64,000 bases of DNA from Phaeosaccion multiseriatum (taxonomy: Eukaryota > Protista > Ochrophyta, other classes). Of the stretch, positions 23,765-35,600 are shown piece by piece. The notes under the pieces were generated by a model that was given only the letters and a program-made list of their open reading frames with translations, ran no database searches and had not been told where the DNA came from. The stretch is from contig OZ218962.1 in assembly GCA_965112735.1 (NCBI GenBank), positions 3,267,856 through 3,331,855 of the forward strand. The letters run 5' to 3'. A program made the translations under genes and the position numbers. Each line of letters starts with the position of its first letter. Position 1 is the first letter of the stretch.

Positions 23765-24470
23765 GCTGCCTGCAGGAGAGCAGTGCAGGACAAGACGTAG
23801 CAGCGGAGTTTGGTGGACCGATTGAGGGGAAATTGTTAGTACCGTATGCCGTAGGAGGGAGAGAATCGAAGAGAAGAAGGGGGGGGGGGATGAAAGTTTG
23901 CACTAAAGATCGGTCCTGGATAAGATTTTCTGATTACTGATTACGGCCGGCGCTGCCGGCCTGATTACTGCTTAGGAGACTGGGTGCGTGCCAGCATTCC
24001 TGTCGTTTGCGGGGGCAGAGCGAGTAATGGAGGAGGCCAAACGCGCTGTGGGCATCTGCCGGCAAACTCCTGACAAGCCTCACGTGTTCTGTGCGCCTAA
24101 CAAGTACATCCCCGACGGGGAAGCCAAGCATGTGGCGCCGGGCAAGACCATCGTGCGCCACAGCTGCCCAGCATCATCCATGCTCAGCTAAACAAACGTG
24201 GTCAGCTGAGCAGGAACATCAAAACCACGGCAGACAAGAAGATGGATTGTTGATCCGCAAAATCAAGTATGCAGGGCGAGAGAAGAGAGCGGCTCCTTTA
24301 GAGACCAGTTCCGCGTCATGAGCTGAAGCTCCTCGACGCGGAGGAGACGACTCCGAAACTCCCGCCCATTCCCCAAACACGAGGGCCAGCTGCAGGAGAG
24401 CAGGAGAAGACGTAGCAGCGGAGTTTGGTGGACCGAGTGAGGGTGCGATGTTAGCATGCCGTAGGAGGTT
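23765..24470. repeat. Pair of imperfect ~90-bp direct repeats (23765-23858 and 24388-24468)
   Basis: Both contain CTGCAGGAGAGCAG..AAGACGTAGCAGCGGAGTTTGGTGGACCGA.TGAGGG..TGTTAG..ATGCCGTAGGAGG. Confidence 0.75.
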
Positions 24471-24508
24471 CGGGAAGTGTTTTTTTGGATTATTTTACTT
24501 GGAAAATA

Positions 24509-24872
24509 CTGTGGTTTCGCGGTTGAGTGGCACTTTTGGGCCACTTTTGACGCCCCGTGATTTTTTTTTGACGCCAAATGACGATTGCTTTGACGACGTT
24601 TGACGACTTTTGAAGCCCTTTTTTACCCCCTTTAAAGCCCTATTTGACGCCCTTTGACGCCCTTTGACGCTCTTTGACGCCCTTTGACGCCCTATTCCGT
24701 AATTTTTTTTTACCTGATTTTTTTTAGACGAAATTAAGGCGAAGTAAGAGAAAAGGGCGTCAAAGGGCGTCAAAGTGCGTCAAACAGGGCTTTAAAGTGG
24801 GTAAACAACGAGATTTGGCGTCAAAAAAAATTCACGGGGCGTCAAAAGTGCCACTCAACCGCGAAATTACAA
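24509..24872. mobile_element. MITE 1 (TA-flanked, Tc1/mariner-like non-autonomous element)
   Basis: TA|CTGTGGTTTCGCGGTTGAGTGGCACTTTT ... AAAAGTGCCACTCAACCGCGAAATTACAA|TA; long imperfect TIRs with internal TTTGACGCCC subrepeats. Confidence 0.8.
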
Positions 24873-24882
24873 TACAATTGTA

Positions 24883-25390
24883 CTGTGATTTCGCGGTTGA
24901 GTGGCACTTTTTACGCCCAATTACGCCCCATTAATTTTTTTTTACGCCAAATGACGACTTTTTTGACGACGTTTGACGACGTTTGACGACGCTTTAGCCC
25001 CCTATTTGACGCCCTTTTACGCCCTTTTGCGCCCTTTTACGCCCTTTTACGCCCTTTTACGCCCTCTTCCGTGATTTTTTTTTACGTGAGTTTTTTTAGA
25101 CGAAATTAAGGCGAATTAAGATAAAAGGGCGTCAAAGAGCGTAAAAGGGCGTACGCCCTCTTCCGTGATTTTTTTTTACGTGAGTTTTTTTAGACGAAAT
25201 TAAGGCGAATTAAGATAAAAGGGCGTCAAAGAGCGTAAAAGGGCGTAAAAGGGCGTAAAAGGGCGTCAAATAGGGGGCTAAAGCGTCGTCAAACGTCGTC
25301 AAACGTCGTCAAAAAAGTCGTCATTTGGCGTAAAAAAAAATTAATGGGGCGTATTGGGCGTAAAAAGTGCCACTCAACCGCGAAATCACA
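24883..25390. mobile_element. MITE 2, same family (TTTTACGCCC variant), with internal duplication
   Basis: TA|CTGTGATTTCGCGGTTGAGTGGCAC ... GTGCCACTCAACCGCGAAATCACA; long near-perfect arms; ~95-bp internal tandem duplication (25058-25152 / 25152-25246). Confidence 0.82.
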
Positions 25391-25889
25391 TTCATTACAA
25401 AGCCCAAAAAAAGAAAAAAACACAGCTTGAAACCGCTGCTTGAAATAAAGCAGCTGAAATAAAGAGACCCGAATCAACAACATACACGAAACATTTCAAA
25501 ACTTTCTTCCTTCGATCCATCAAATGGCCGTCGGATCGTGAACTTGAGAGGGAATCGTGGCCAGGTGTGCAAGAGGCAAGACACGGAGACCGGTGGGGCA
25601 AGGAGCGCCCCACATATACCAGTAATAGCACAGTCTGAAGGGCCAGCCCCCTTGCGGCGCCGGGTGCCCACCTCTGCGGAGGGAAGAAGCGATTGGCAGC
25701 AGGAGAAAAAAAAGGGCGAGGTCCGAAGCGAGCGAGAGACCCCTGACCGCAGCAGCAGGACCAAAACAGAATAGCGGAGACGCGCCCTTGCCGCTTCTTG
25801 GCCGGCCTGGCCGGGGCCCCAGCGGGGGCGCCTTGGTGGGGCGAGGGCGAGTTGCATTGGCGAGTGGCATTGGCGGACGCAGGGCGGCC

Positions 25890-26600
25890 ATGAGGGGGCC
25901 TTTCCCACCCTCATTGGCCGCTCTCCCGTATCTAGTGCTGCTATTAGGAGCAGCGACCAGGGCAGCGGCCACAGGGTCGGAGACGTGGGACAATGCAAAG
26001 GTGCGGGCGCGGCGCGACTGAAGGGCGCAGCTCACTCATTAACTCCTTGTTATTGGTCTCTCTGATTCATCTCTGGCCTCCTCACCCCAATCCCTTCCGC
26101 ACCCCCATGCCCTCAGGTCCAGTTCAAACGCGACTTTTTTGCACAGCACTTGGGGGGCAGAGCATGGACGCCGAAGGTAAGCATAGAGCGACACTCCCAC
26201 TCCCCTCTACGTGCCATGCCCTCTTTTTTGCGTCCCTCTCTTTGGCCGCTCTCCCGTCTTGTTCGCTGACTTTACGCACACGCGAACAGACGGTCGATTG
26301 GGCCCCGTCTGGATAGTTACTTAACCCCATCCTCCCCTCCCTCCCGCCCGATCCCCGCAGGCGTGCAGCGAGGTGGGCGACGAGTGCGATACTTCCGAAC
26401 ACTCGTGCTGCCCCGGAACGCAGTGCGGGTACACATCCAAGAGGTGTGAGTACATCACGTCGTCGCCACACTCATCCTACGAGGACTATAACTATGGCGC
26501 ACAGGTATGTTAGCCGTAGGTGGGTGGACGGGTGGCAGGCCCGGTCGCCAGAGTCCCTCCTGCTGTTCTTCACTCAATTGTTCGTTCGCGTGTGGCGTGC

Positions 26601-26646
<46 letters not shown>

Positions 26647-29600
26647 GCAGCGTGCCCGCGACGGCCGTGGCGCCAGAAGGCCCAGAGCTCTGCAGGAGTG
26701 CCTGCCGGAGAATGAAAAGTGTAAACCAAAGAAGGAAGACGACAGCAGTGACAGCAGCGACAACTATATTTCGTGCTGCGGAGAGTGCGTCGACAAACGC
26801 TGCACGGTAAGCAGCTCTCTAGTGCCCCTCGGGGGCCCATCTGCTGCCTTCGCTGTCTTCCTCCGTTGCCCCGCACGTCTCCATCGTAGGGTGTTCAGAG
26901 CAAGTGGTCTGCTCTCTCCCCTACTCTCTAAGCTGTATCACCAAGTGCTGCATCTCCTCATCCAGCTCTGTCACTCCCATGTCAATTTCTTCTTCCCTCT
27001 CCCTTGGCCAGGCACCCTCCGGGACACCCACACCCACTGCGCCGCCTACACAGGTACGACAGGAGGTGTGGAGGATGCCTCCTTCGGCTTGGCCTTCGAG
27101 GCTGAGCTGCTGGCCTGCTGATTGTGTGACGTGGCTTTTGCTGCAGATGTGGGACTATGGCACGTGTGTCTCTTTCTTGGATAGGCCCTCCTCCCCGTCT
27201 TTGCTGACCTCTTTTGCTGATCACGCTTCTCCCTTGTTGTGTCCAGGAACCATCGGCAGCGCCAATCGCGTGCCCTCTTCCCATTATAAGCCGCAGCCCG
27301 ACGCCGTTGACGTCGGGGCAGTCCATCAGCGACTGCCCAATTGTCACTGATGTCAACGTGGGCGTGACTCTTACCCACGAGTACGTGAGGGACTTGGAAA
27401 TCTCAATCACCAGCCCAGGGGGGACAGTGGTGGAGCTGTTTGATAATCGCGGGGGGTCGGGCGACGATATGACTTTGACAGTATTTGATGATGAAGCGAC
27501 GCAGAACATTCGAAATTGTGACCCGTCCCAGGCACCGTTCACCGGGCGCTGGATTCCCGAAGAGGCTTTGTCGGCTTTCGATGGCGAGAGCGGAGACGGA
27601 GTGTGGACTCTGACCATCACAGATAATTTTCGGCAAGATGATGGGTGCCTGCTGAGCGTGGACCTTGACATTACGTGCAGCGACAGCCTAACCCCAGCGC
27701 CCACGGTGGAGACACCTGCGCCTGCGCCTGTGGCTGAGCCTGATGGTGGACCCGAAGGCTGCTCGCTTCCCATTATTAGCCGAAGCCCGACGCCGTTGAC
27801 GTCGGGGCAGTCCATCAGCGACTGCCCAATTGTCACTGATGTCAACGTGGGCCTTACTGTTACGCACGAGTATGTGGGGGACATGGAAATCTCGATCATC
27901 AGCCCAGGGGGGACAGTGGTGGAGCTGTCAGACAATCGCGGGGGGTCGGGCAACGATATGACTTTGACAGTATTTGATGATGAAGCGACGCAGAGCATTC
28001 GAAATGTAGGATCTTCCTCAGCGCCCTTCACCGGAAGCTGGATTCCCGAAGAGGCTTTGTCGGCTTTCGATGGCGAGAGCGGAGACGGAGTGTGGACCCT
28101 GGCCATCGCAGACACCTGGTCGCAAGATGATGGGTGCCTACTGAGCTTTAACATTGACGTTACGTGCGACGCCGACTCAACCCCAGCTCCAACAGTAGCA
28201 CCAACAGCAGCTCCGACACTAGCTCCGACAGACACCCCCACAGCGACACCCACGGAAGCGCCGGTAGCGGAGACGGAACCGCCAACTGTGGCCCCAACCG
28301 TAGCACCAACAGCAGCTCCGACACTAGCACCAACAGACACCCCCACAGCGACACCCACGGAAGCGCCGGTAGCGGAGACGGAACCGCCAACTGTGGCCCC
28401 AACCGTAGCACCAACAGCAGCTCCGACACTAGCACCAACAGACACCCCCACAGCGACACCCACGGAAGCGCCGGTAGCGGAGACGGAACCGCCAACTGTG
28501 GCCCCAACCGTAGCACCAACAGCAGCTCCGACACTAGCACCAACAGACACCCCCACAGCGACACCCACGGAAGCGCCGGTAGCGGAGACGGAACCGCCAA
28601 CTGTGGCCCCAACCGTAGCACCAACAGCAGCTCCGACACTAGCACCAACAGACACCCCCACAGCGACACCCACGGAAGCGCCGGTAGCGGAGACGGAACC
28701 GCCAACTGTGGCCCCAACAGTAGCACCAACAGACACCCCCACAGCGACACCCACGGAAGCGCCGGTAGCGGAGACGGAACCGCCAACTGTGGCCCCAACC
28801 GTAGCACCAACACCACCTCCAACTGAAGCGCCGGTAGCGGAGACGGAACCGCCAACTGTGGCCCCAACCGTAGCACCAACACCACCTCCAACTGAAGCGC
28901 CGGTAGCGGAGACGGAACCGCCAACTGTGGCCCCAACAGTAGCACCAACACCACCTCCAACTGAAGCGCCGGTAGCGGAGACGGAACCGCCAACTGTGGC
29001 CCCAACAGTAGCACCAACACCACCTCCAACTGAAGCGCCGGTAGCGGAGACGGAACCGCCAACTGTGGCCCCAACAGTAGCACCAACACCACCTCCAACT
29101 GAAGCGCCGGTAGCGGAGACGGAACCGCCAAGTGTGGCCCCAACCGTAGCACCAACACCACCTCCAACTGAAGCGCCGGTAGCGGAGACGGAACCGCCAA
29201 CTGTGGCCCCAACAGTAGCACCAACACCACCTCCAACTGAAGCGCCGGTAGCGGAGACGGAACCGCCAACTGTGGCCCCAACAGTAGCACCAACACCACC
29301 TCCAACTGAAGCGCCGGCAGCGGAGACGGAACCGCCAACTGTGGCCCCAACAGTAGCACCAACACCACCTCCAACTGAAGCGCCAGTAGCGGAGACGGAA
29401 CCGCCAACTGTGGCCCCAACCGTAGCACCAACACCACCTCCAACTGAAGCGCCGGTAGCGGAGACGGAACCGCCAACTGTGGCCCCAACAGTAGCACCAA
29501 CACCACCTCCAACTGAAGCGCCGGTAGCGGAGACGGAACCGCCAACTGTGGCCCCAACCGTAGCACCAACACCGCCTCCAACTGAAGCGCCGGTAGCGGA

Positions 29601-32600
29601 GACGGAACCGCCAACTGTGGCCCCAACAGTAGCACCAACACCACCTCCAACTGAAGCGCCGGTAGCGGAGACGGAACCGCCAACTGTGGCCCCAACAGTA
29701 GCACCAACACCACCTCCAACTGAAGCGCCGGTAGCGGAGACGGAACCGCCAACTGTAGCACCAACACCACCTCCAACTGAAGCGCCGGTAGCGGAGACGG
29801 AACCGCCAACTGTGGCCCCAACCGTAGCACCAACACCACCTCCAACTGAAGCGCCGGTAGCGGAGACGGAACCGCCAACTGTGGCCCCAACAGTAGCACC
29901 AACACCACCTCCAACTGAAGCGCCGGTAGCGGAGACGGAACCGCCAACTGTAGCACCAACACCACCTCCAACTGAAGCGCCGGTAGCGGAGACGGAACCG
30001 CCAACTGTGGCCCCAACAGTAGCACCAACACCACCTCCAACTGAAGCGCCGGTAGCGGAGACGGAACCGCCAACTGTGGCCCCAACAGTAGCACCAACAC
30101 CACCTCCAACTGAAGCGCCGGTAGCGGAGACGGAACCGCCAACTGTGGCCCCAACAGTAGCACCAACACCACCTCCAACTGAAGCGCCGGTAGCGGAGAC
30201 GGAACCGCCAACTGTAGCACCAACACCACCTCCAACTGAAGCGCCGGTAGCGGAGACGGAACCGCCAACTGTGGCCCCAACAGTAGCACCAACACCACCT
30301 CCAACTGAAGCGCCGGTAGCGGAGACGGAACCGCCAACTGTGGCCCCAACAGTAGCACCAACACCACCTCCAACTGAAGCGCCGGTAGCGGAGACGGAAC
30401 CGCCAACTGTGGCCCCAACCGTAGCACCAACACCACCTCCAACTGAAGCGCCGGTAGCGGAGACGGAACCGCCAACTGTGGCCCCAACAGTAGCACCAAC
30501 ACCACCTCCAACTGGAGCGCCAACACCACCTCCAACTGAAGCGCCGGTAGCGGAGACGGAACCGCCAACTGTAGCACCAACACCACCTCCAACTGAAGCG
30601 CCGGTAGCGGAGACGGAACCGCCAACTGTGGCCCCAACAGTAGCACCAACACCACCTCCAACTGAAGCGCCGGTAGCGGAGACGGAACCGCCAACTGTGG
30701 CCCCAACCGTAGCACCAACACCACCTCCAACTGAAGCGCCGGTAGCGGAGACGGAACCGCCAACTGTGGCCCCAACAGTAGCACCAACACCACCTCCAAC
30801 TGAAGCGCCGGTAGCGGAGACGGAACCGCCAACTGTGGCCCCAACAGTAGCACCAACACCACCTCCAACTGAAGCGCCGGTAGCGGAGACGGAACCGCCA
30901 ACTGTGGCCCCAACAGTAGCACCAACACCACCTCCAACTGAAGCGCCAGTAGCGGAGACGGAACCGCTAACTGTGGCCCCAACAGTAGCACCAACACCAC
31001 CTCCAACTGAAGCGCCGGTAGCGGAGACGGAACCGCCAACTGTGGCCCCAACAGTAGCACCAACACCACCTCCAACTGAAGCGCCGGTAGCGGAGACGGA
31101 ACCGCCAACTGTGGCCCCAACAGTAGCACCAACACCACCTCCAACTGAAGCGCCGGTAGCGGAGACGGAACCGCCAACTGTGGCCCCAACAGTAGCACCA
31201 ACACCACCTCCAACTGAAGCGCCGGTAGCGGAGACGGAACCGCCAACTGTGGCCCCAACCGTAGCACCAACACCACCTCCAACTGAAGCGCCGGTAGCGG
31301 AGACGGAACCGCCAACTGTAGCACCAACACCACCTCCAACTGAAGCGCCGGTAGCGGAGACGGAACCGCCAACTGTGGCCCCAACAGTAGCACCAACACC
31401 ACCTCCAACTGAAGCGCCGGTAGCAGAGACGGAACCGCCAACTGTGGCCCCAACAGTAGCACCAACACCACCTCCAACTGAAGCGCCGGCAGCGGAGACG
31501 GAACCGCCAACTGTGGCCCCAACAGTAGCACCAACACCACCTCCAACTGAAGCGCCGGTAGCGGAGACGGAACCGCCAACTGTGGCCCCAACCGTAGCAC
31601 CAACACCACCTCCAACTGAAGCGCCGGTAGCGGAGACGGAACCGCCAACTGTAGCACCAACACCACCTCCAACTGAAGCGCCGGTAGCGGAGACGGAACC
31701 GCCAACTGTGGCCCCAACAGTAGCACCAACACCACCTCCAACTGAAGCGCCGGTAGCGGAGACGGAACCGCCAACTGTAGCACCAACACCACCTCCAACT
31801 GAAGCGCCGGTAGCGGAGACGGAACCGCCAACTGTGGCCCCAACCGTAGCACCAACACCACCTCCAACTGAAGCGCCGGTAGCGGAGACGGAACCGCCAA
31901 CTGTGGCCCCAACAGTAGCACCAACACCACCTCCAACTGAAGCGCCGGTAGCGGAGACGGAACCGCCAACTGTAGCACCAACACCACCTCCAACTGAAGC
32001 GCCGGTAGCGGAGACGGAACCGCCAACTGTGGCCCCAACAGTAGCACCAACACCACCTCCAACTGAAGCGCCGGTAGCGGAGACGGAACCGCCAACTGTA
32101 GCACCAACACCACCTCCAACTGAAGCGCCGGTAGCGGAGACGGAACCGCCAACTGTGGCCCCAACAGTAGCACCAACACCACCTCCAACTGAAGCGCCAG
32201 TAGCGGAGACGGAACCGCCAACTGTGGCCCCAACCGTAGCACCAACACCACCTCCAACTGAAGCGCCGGTAGCGGAGACGGAACCGCCAACTGTGGCCCC
32301 AACAGTAGCACCAACACCACCTCCAACTGAAGCGCCGGTAGCGGAGACGGAACCGCCAACTGTGGCCCCAACCGTAGCACCAACACCACCTCCAACTGAA
32401 GCGCCGGTAGCGGAGACGGAACCGCCAACTGTGGCCCCAACCGTAGCACCAACACCACCTCCAACTGAAGCGCCGGTAGCGGAGACGGAACCGCCAACTG
32501 TGGCCCCAACAGTAGCACCAACACCACCTCCAACTGAAGCGCCGGTAGCGGAGACGGAACCGCCAACTGTGGCCCCAACAGTAGCACCAACACCACCTCC

Positions 32601-35600
32601 AACTGAAGCGCCGGTAGCGGAGACGGAACCGCCAACTGTGGCCCCAACAGTAGCACCAACACCACCTCCAACTGAAGCGCCGGCAGCGGAGACGGAACGG
32701 CCAACTGTGGCCCCAAGCGTAGCACCAACACCACCTCCAACTGAAGCGCCGGTAGCGGAGACAGAACCGCCAACTGTGGCCCCAACTTTAGCACCAACAC
32801 CACCCACGGAGGTATGTGTGGAGTACGCTTTCCTTGCCCTAGCGGATTTTCCTCCATTCTGGTACTGCTCTTACATGGGCTGACTTCTACGGCCAGTCAT
32901 CCTCTGGTTCTCTCACATTATCAATCTTCCCTTATTGTCCTCTTCGCACTCTTTGATCTCGATTCCTTCTCCCCTCTCCCCTTCGCCAGGCACCAACCGC
33001 TGCCCAAACAACAGCAATACCAACCTCAGCCCCAACAGCGCAGACAGAAGTGCCGGTGGTTCTCGATACGCCCACGCCTGTAGCAGAGGAGACGCTTACG
33101 CCTGCGGCGGAGGAGACGCCTACGCCTGTAGCTGTGAAGACGGACGCACCAGTAGCTTTGATTACAGAGGCGCCCGCAGCGATCGAGACGGAAGTGCCGG
33201 TAGCTTTGGAGACGGAAAGACCAGTAGCTGAGGAAACTGAAGCGCCAGTTACTGATGAAGCACCGGTACGTGTGGAGACGGAAGCGCCGGAGGCCGAGGA
33301 GACGCTGGCCCCCCTCTTCGTCGTGACAGGAGGGTCGATAACTGAGGAGACACAAGCCCCAGCAGCTTTGATCACAGAGGTGCCTATCGCTTTGGAGACG
33401 GAAGCACCGGCGACTGAGGAGACGGACGCGCCTGTTGCAGAGGAAACGGAAGCACCAGTAGTTTTGATGACAGAGGCGCCTGTAGGTGTGGAGACAGAAG
33501 CGCCCATGTCAGAGGAGACGCCTACGCCTGTAGCGGAGGAGACGCCTGCGCCTGTAGCAGAGGAGACGCCTACGCCTGTGGCAGAGGTGACAGAGACGCC
33601 TGTGGCAGAGGTGACAGAGACGCCTGTGGCAGAGGTGACAGAGACGCCTGTGGCTGTGGAGACAGAAGCACCTGTGGCTGTGGAGACACCAGCACCTGTG
33701 GCAGAGGTGACAGAGACGCCTGTGGCAGAGGTGACAGAGACGCCTGTGGCTGTGGAAGCAGAAGCACCTGTGGCTGTGGAGACACTGGCACCTGTGGCAG
33801 AGGTGACAGAGACGCCTGTGGCAGAGGTGACAGAGACGCCTGTGGCTGTGGAAACAGAAGCACCTGTGGCTGTGGAGACACCAGCACCTGTGGCAGAGGT
33901 GACAGAGACGCCTGTGGCTGTGGAGACAGAAGCACCTGTGGCTGTGGAAACAGAAGCACCTGTGGCAGAGGTAACAGAGACGCCTGTGGCTGTGGAGACA
34001 GAAGCACCTATGGCAGAGGTGACAGAGACGCCTGTGGCTATGGAAACAGAAGCACCTGTGGCAGAGGAAACACCAGCACCTGTGGCAGAGGTGACAGAGA
34101 CGCCTGTGGCTGTGGAAACAGAAGCACCTGTGGCAGAGGAGACACCAGCACCTGTGGCAGAGGTGACAGAGACGCCTGTGGCTGTGGAAACAGAAGCACC
34201 TGTGGCTGTGGAGACACCAGCACCTGTGGCAGAGGTAACAGAGACGCCTGTGGCTGTGGAGACAGAAGCACCTGTGGCTGTGGAAACAGAAGCACCTGTG
34301 GCAGAGGTAACAGAGACGCCTGTGGCTGTGGAGACAGAAGCACCTATGGCAGAGGTGACAGAGACGCCTGTGGCTATGGAAACAGAAGCACCTGTGGCAG
34401 AGGAGACACCAGCACCTGTGGCAGAGGTGACAGAGACGCCTGTGGCTGTGGAAACAGAAGCACCTGTGGCTGTGGAGACAGAAGCACCTGTGGCAGAGGT
34501 GACAGAGACGCCTGTGGCTGTGGAAACAGAAGCGCCTGTGGCTGTGGAGACACCAGCACCTGTGGAAGAGGTGACAGAGACGCCTGTGGCTGTGGAAACA
34601 GAAGCACCTGTGGCAGAGGAGACACCAGCACCTGTGGCAGAGGTGACAGAGACGCCTGTGGCTGTGGAAACAGAAGCACCTGTGGCTGTGGAGACACCAG
34701 CACCTGTGGCAGAGGTGACAGAGACGCCTGTGGCTGTGGAAACAGAAGCACCTGTGGCTGTGGAGACACCAGCACCTGTGGCAGATGTGACAGAAGCACC
34801 TGTGGCTGTGGAGACACCAGCACCTATGGCAGAGGTGACAGAGACGCCTGTGGCTGTGGAAACAGAAGCGCCTGTGGCTGTGGAGACACCAGCACCTGTG
34901 GAAGAGGTGACAGAGACGCCTGTGGCTGTGGAAACAGAAGCACCTGTGGCTGTGGAGACACCAGCACCTGTAGCAGAGGAGACACCAGCACCTGTGGCAG
35001 AGGTGACAGAGACGCCTGTGGCTGTGGAAACAGAAGCACCTGTGGCTGTGGAGACACCAGCACCTGTGGCAGAGGTGACAGAGACGCCTGTGGCTGTGGA
35101 GACAGAAGCACCTGTGGCTGTGGAAACAGAAGCACCTGTGGCAGAGGTGACAGAGATGCCTGTGGCTGTGGAAACAGAAGCACCTGTGGCTGTGGAGACA
35201 CCAGCACCTGTGGCAGAGGTGACAGAGACGCCTGTGGCTGTGGAAACAGAAGCACCTGTGGCAGAGGTGACAGAGACGCCTGTGGCTGTGGAAACAGAAG
35301 CACCTGTGGCAGAGGTAACAGAGACGCCTGTGGCTGTGGAGACAGAAGCACCTATGGCAGAGGTGACAGAGACGCCTGTGGCTGTGGAAACAGAAGCACC
35401 TGTGGCAGAGGAGACACCAGCACCTGTGGCAGAGGTGACAGAGACGCCTGTGGCTGTGGAAACAGAAGCACCTGTGGCTGTGGAGACACCAGCACCTGTG
35501 ACGGAGGAGACAGAAGCACCGGTACTTGTGGAGACGGAAGCGCCGGATGCCGAGGAGACGCTGGCCCCCCTCTTCGTCGTGACAGGAGGGTCGATAACTG

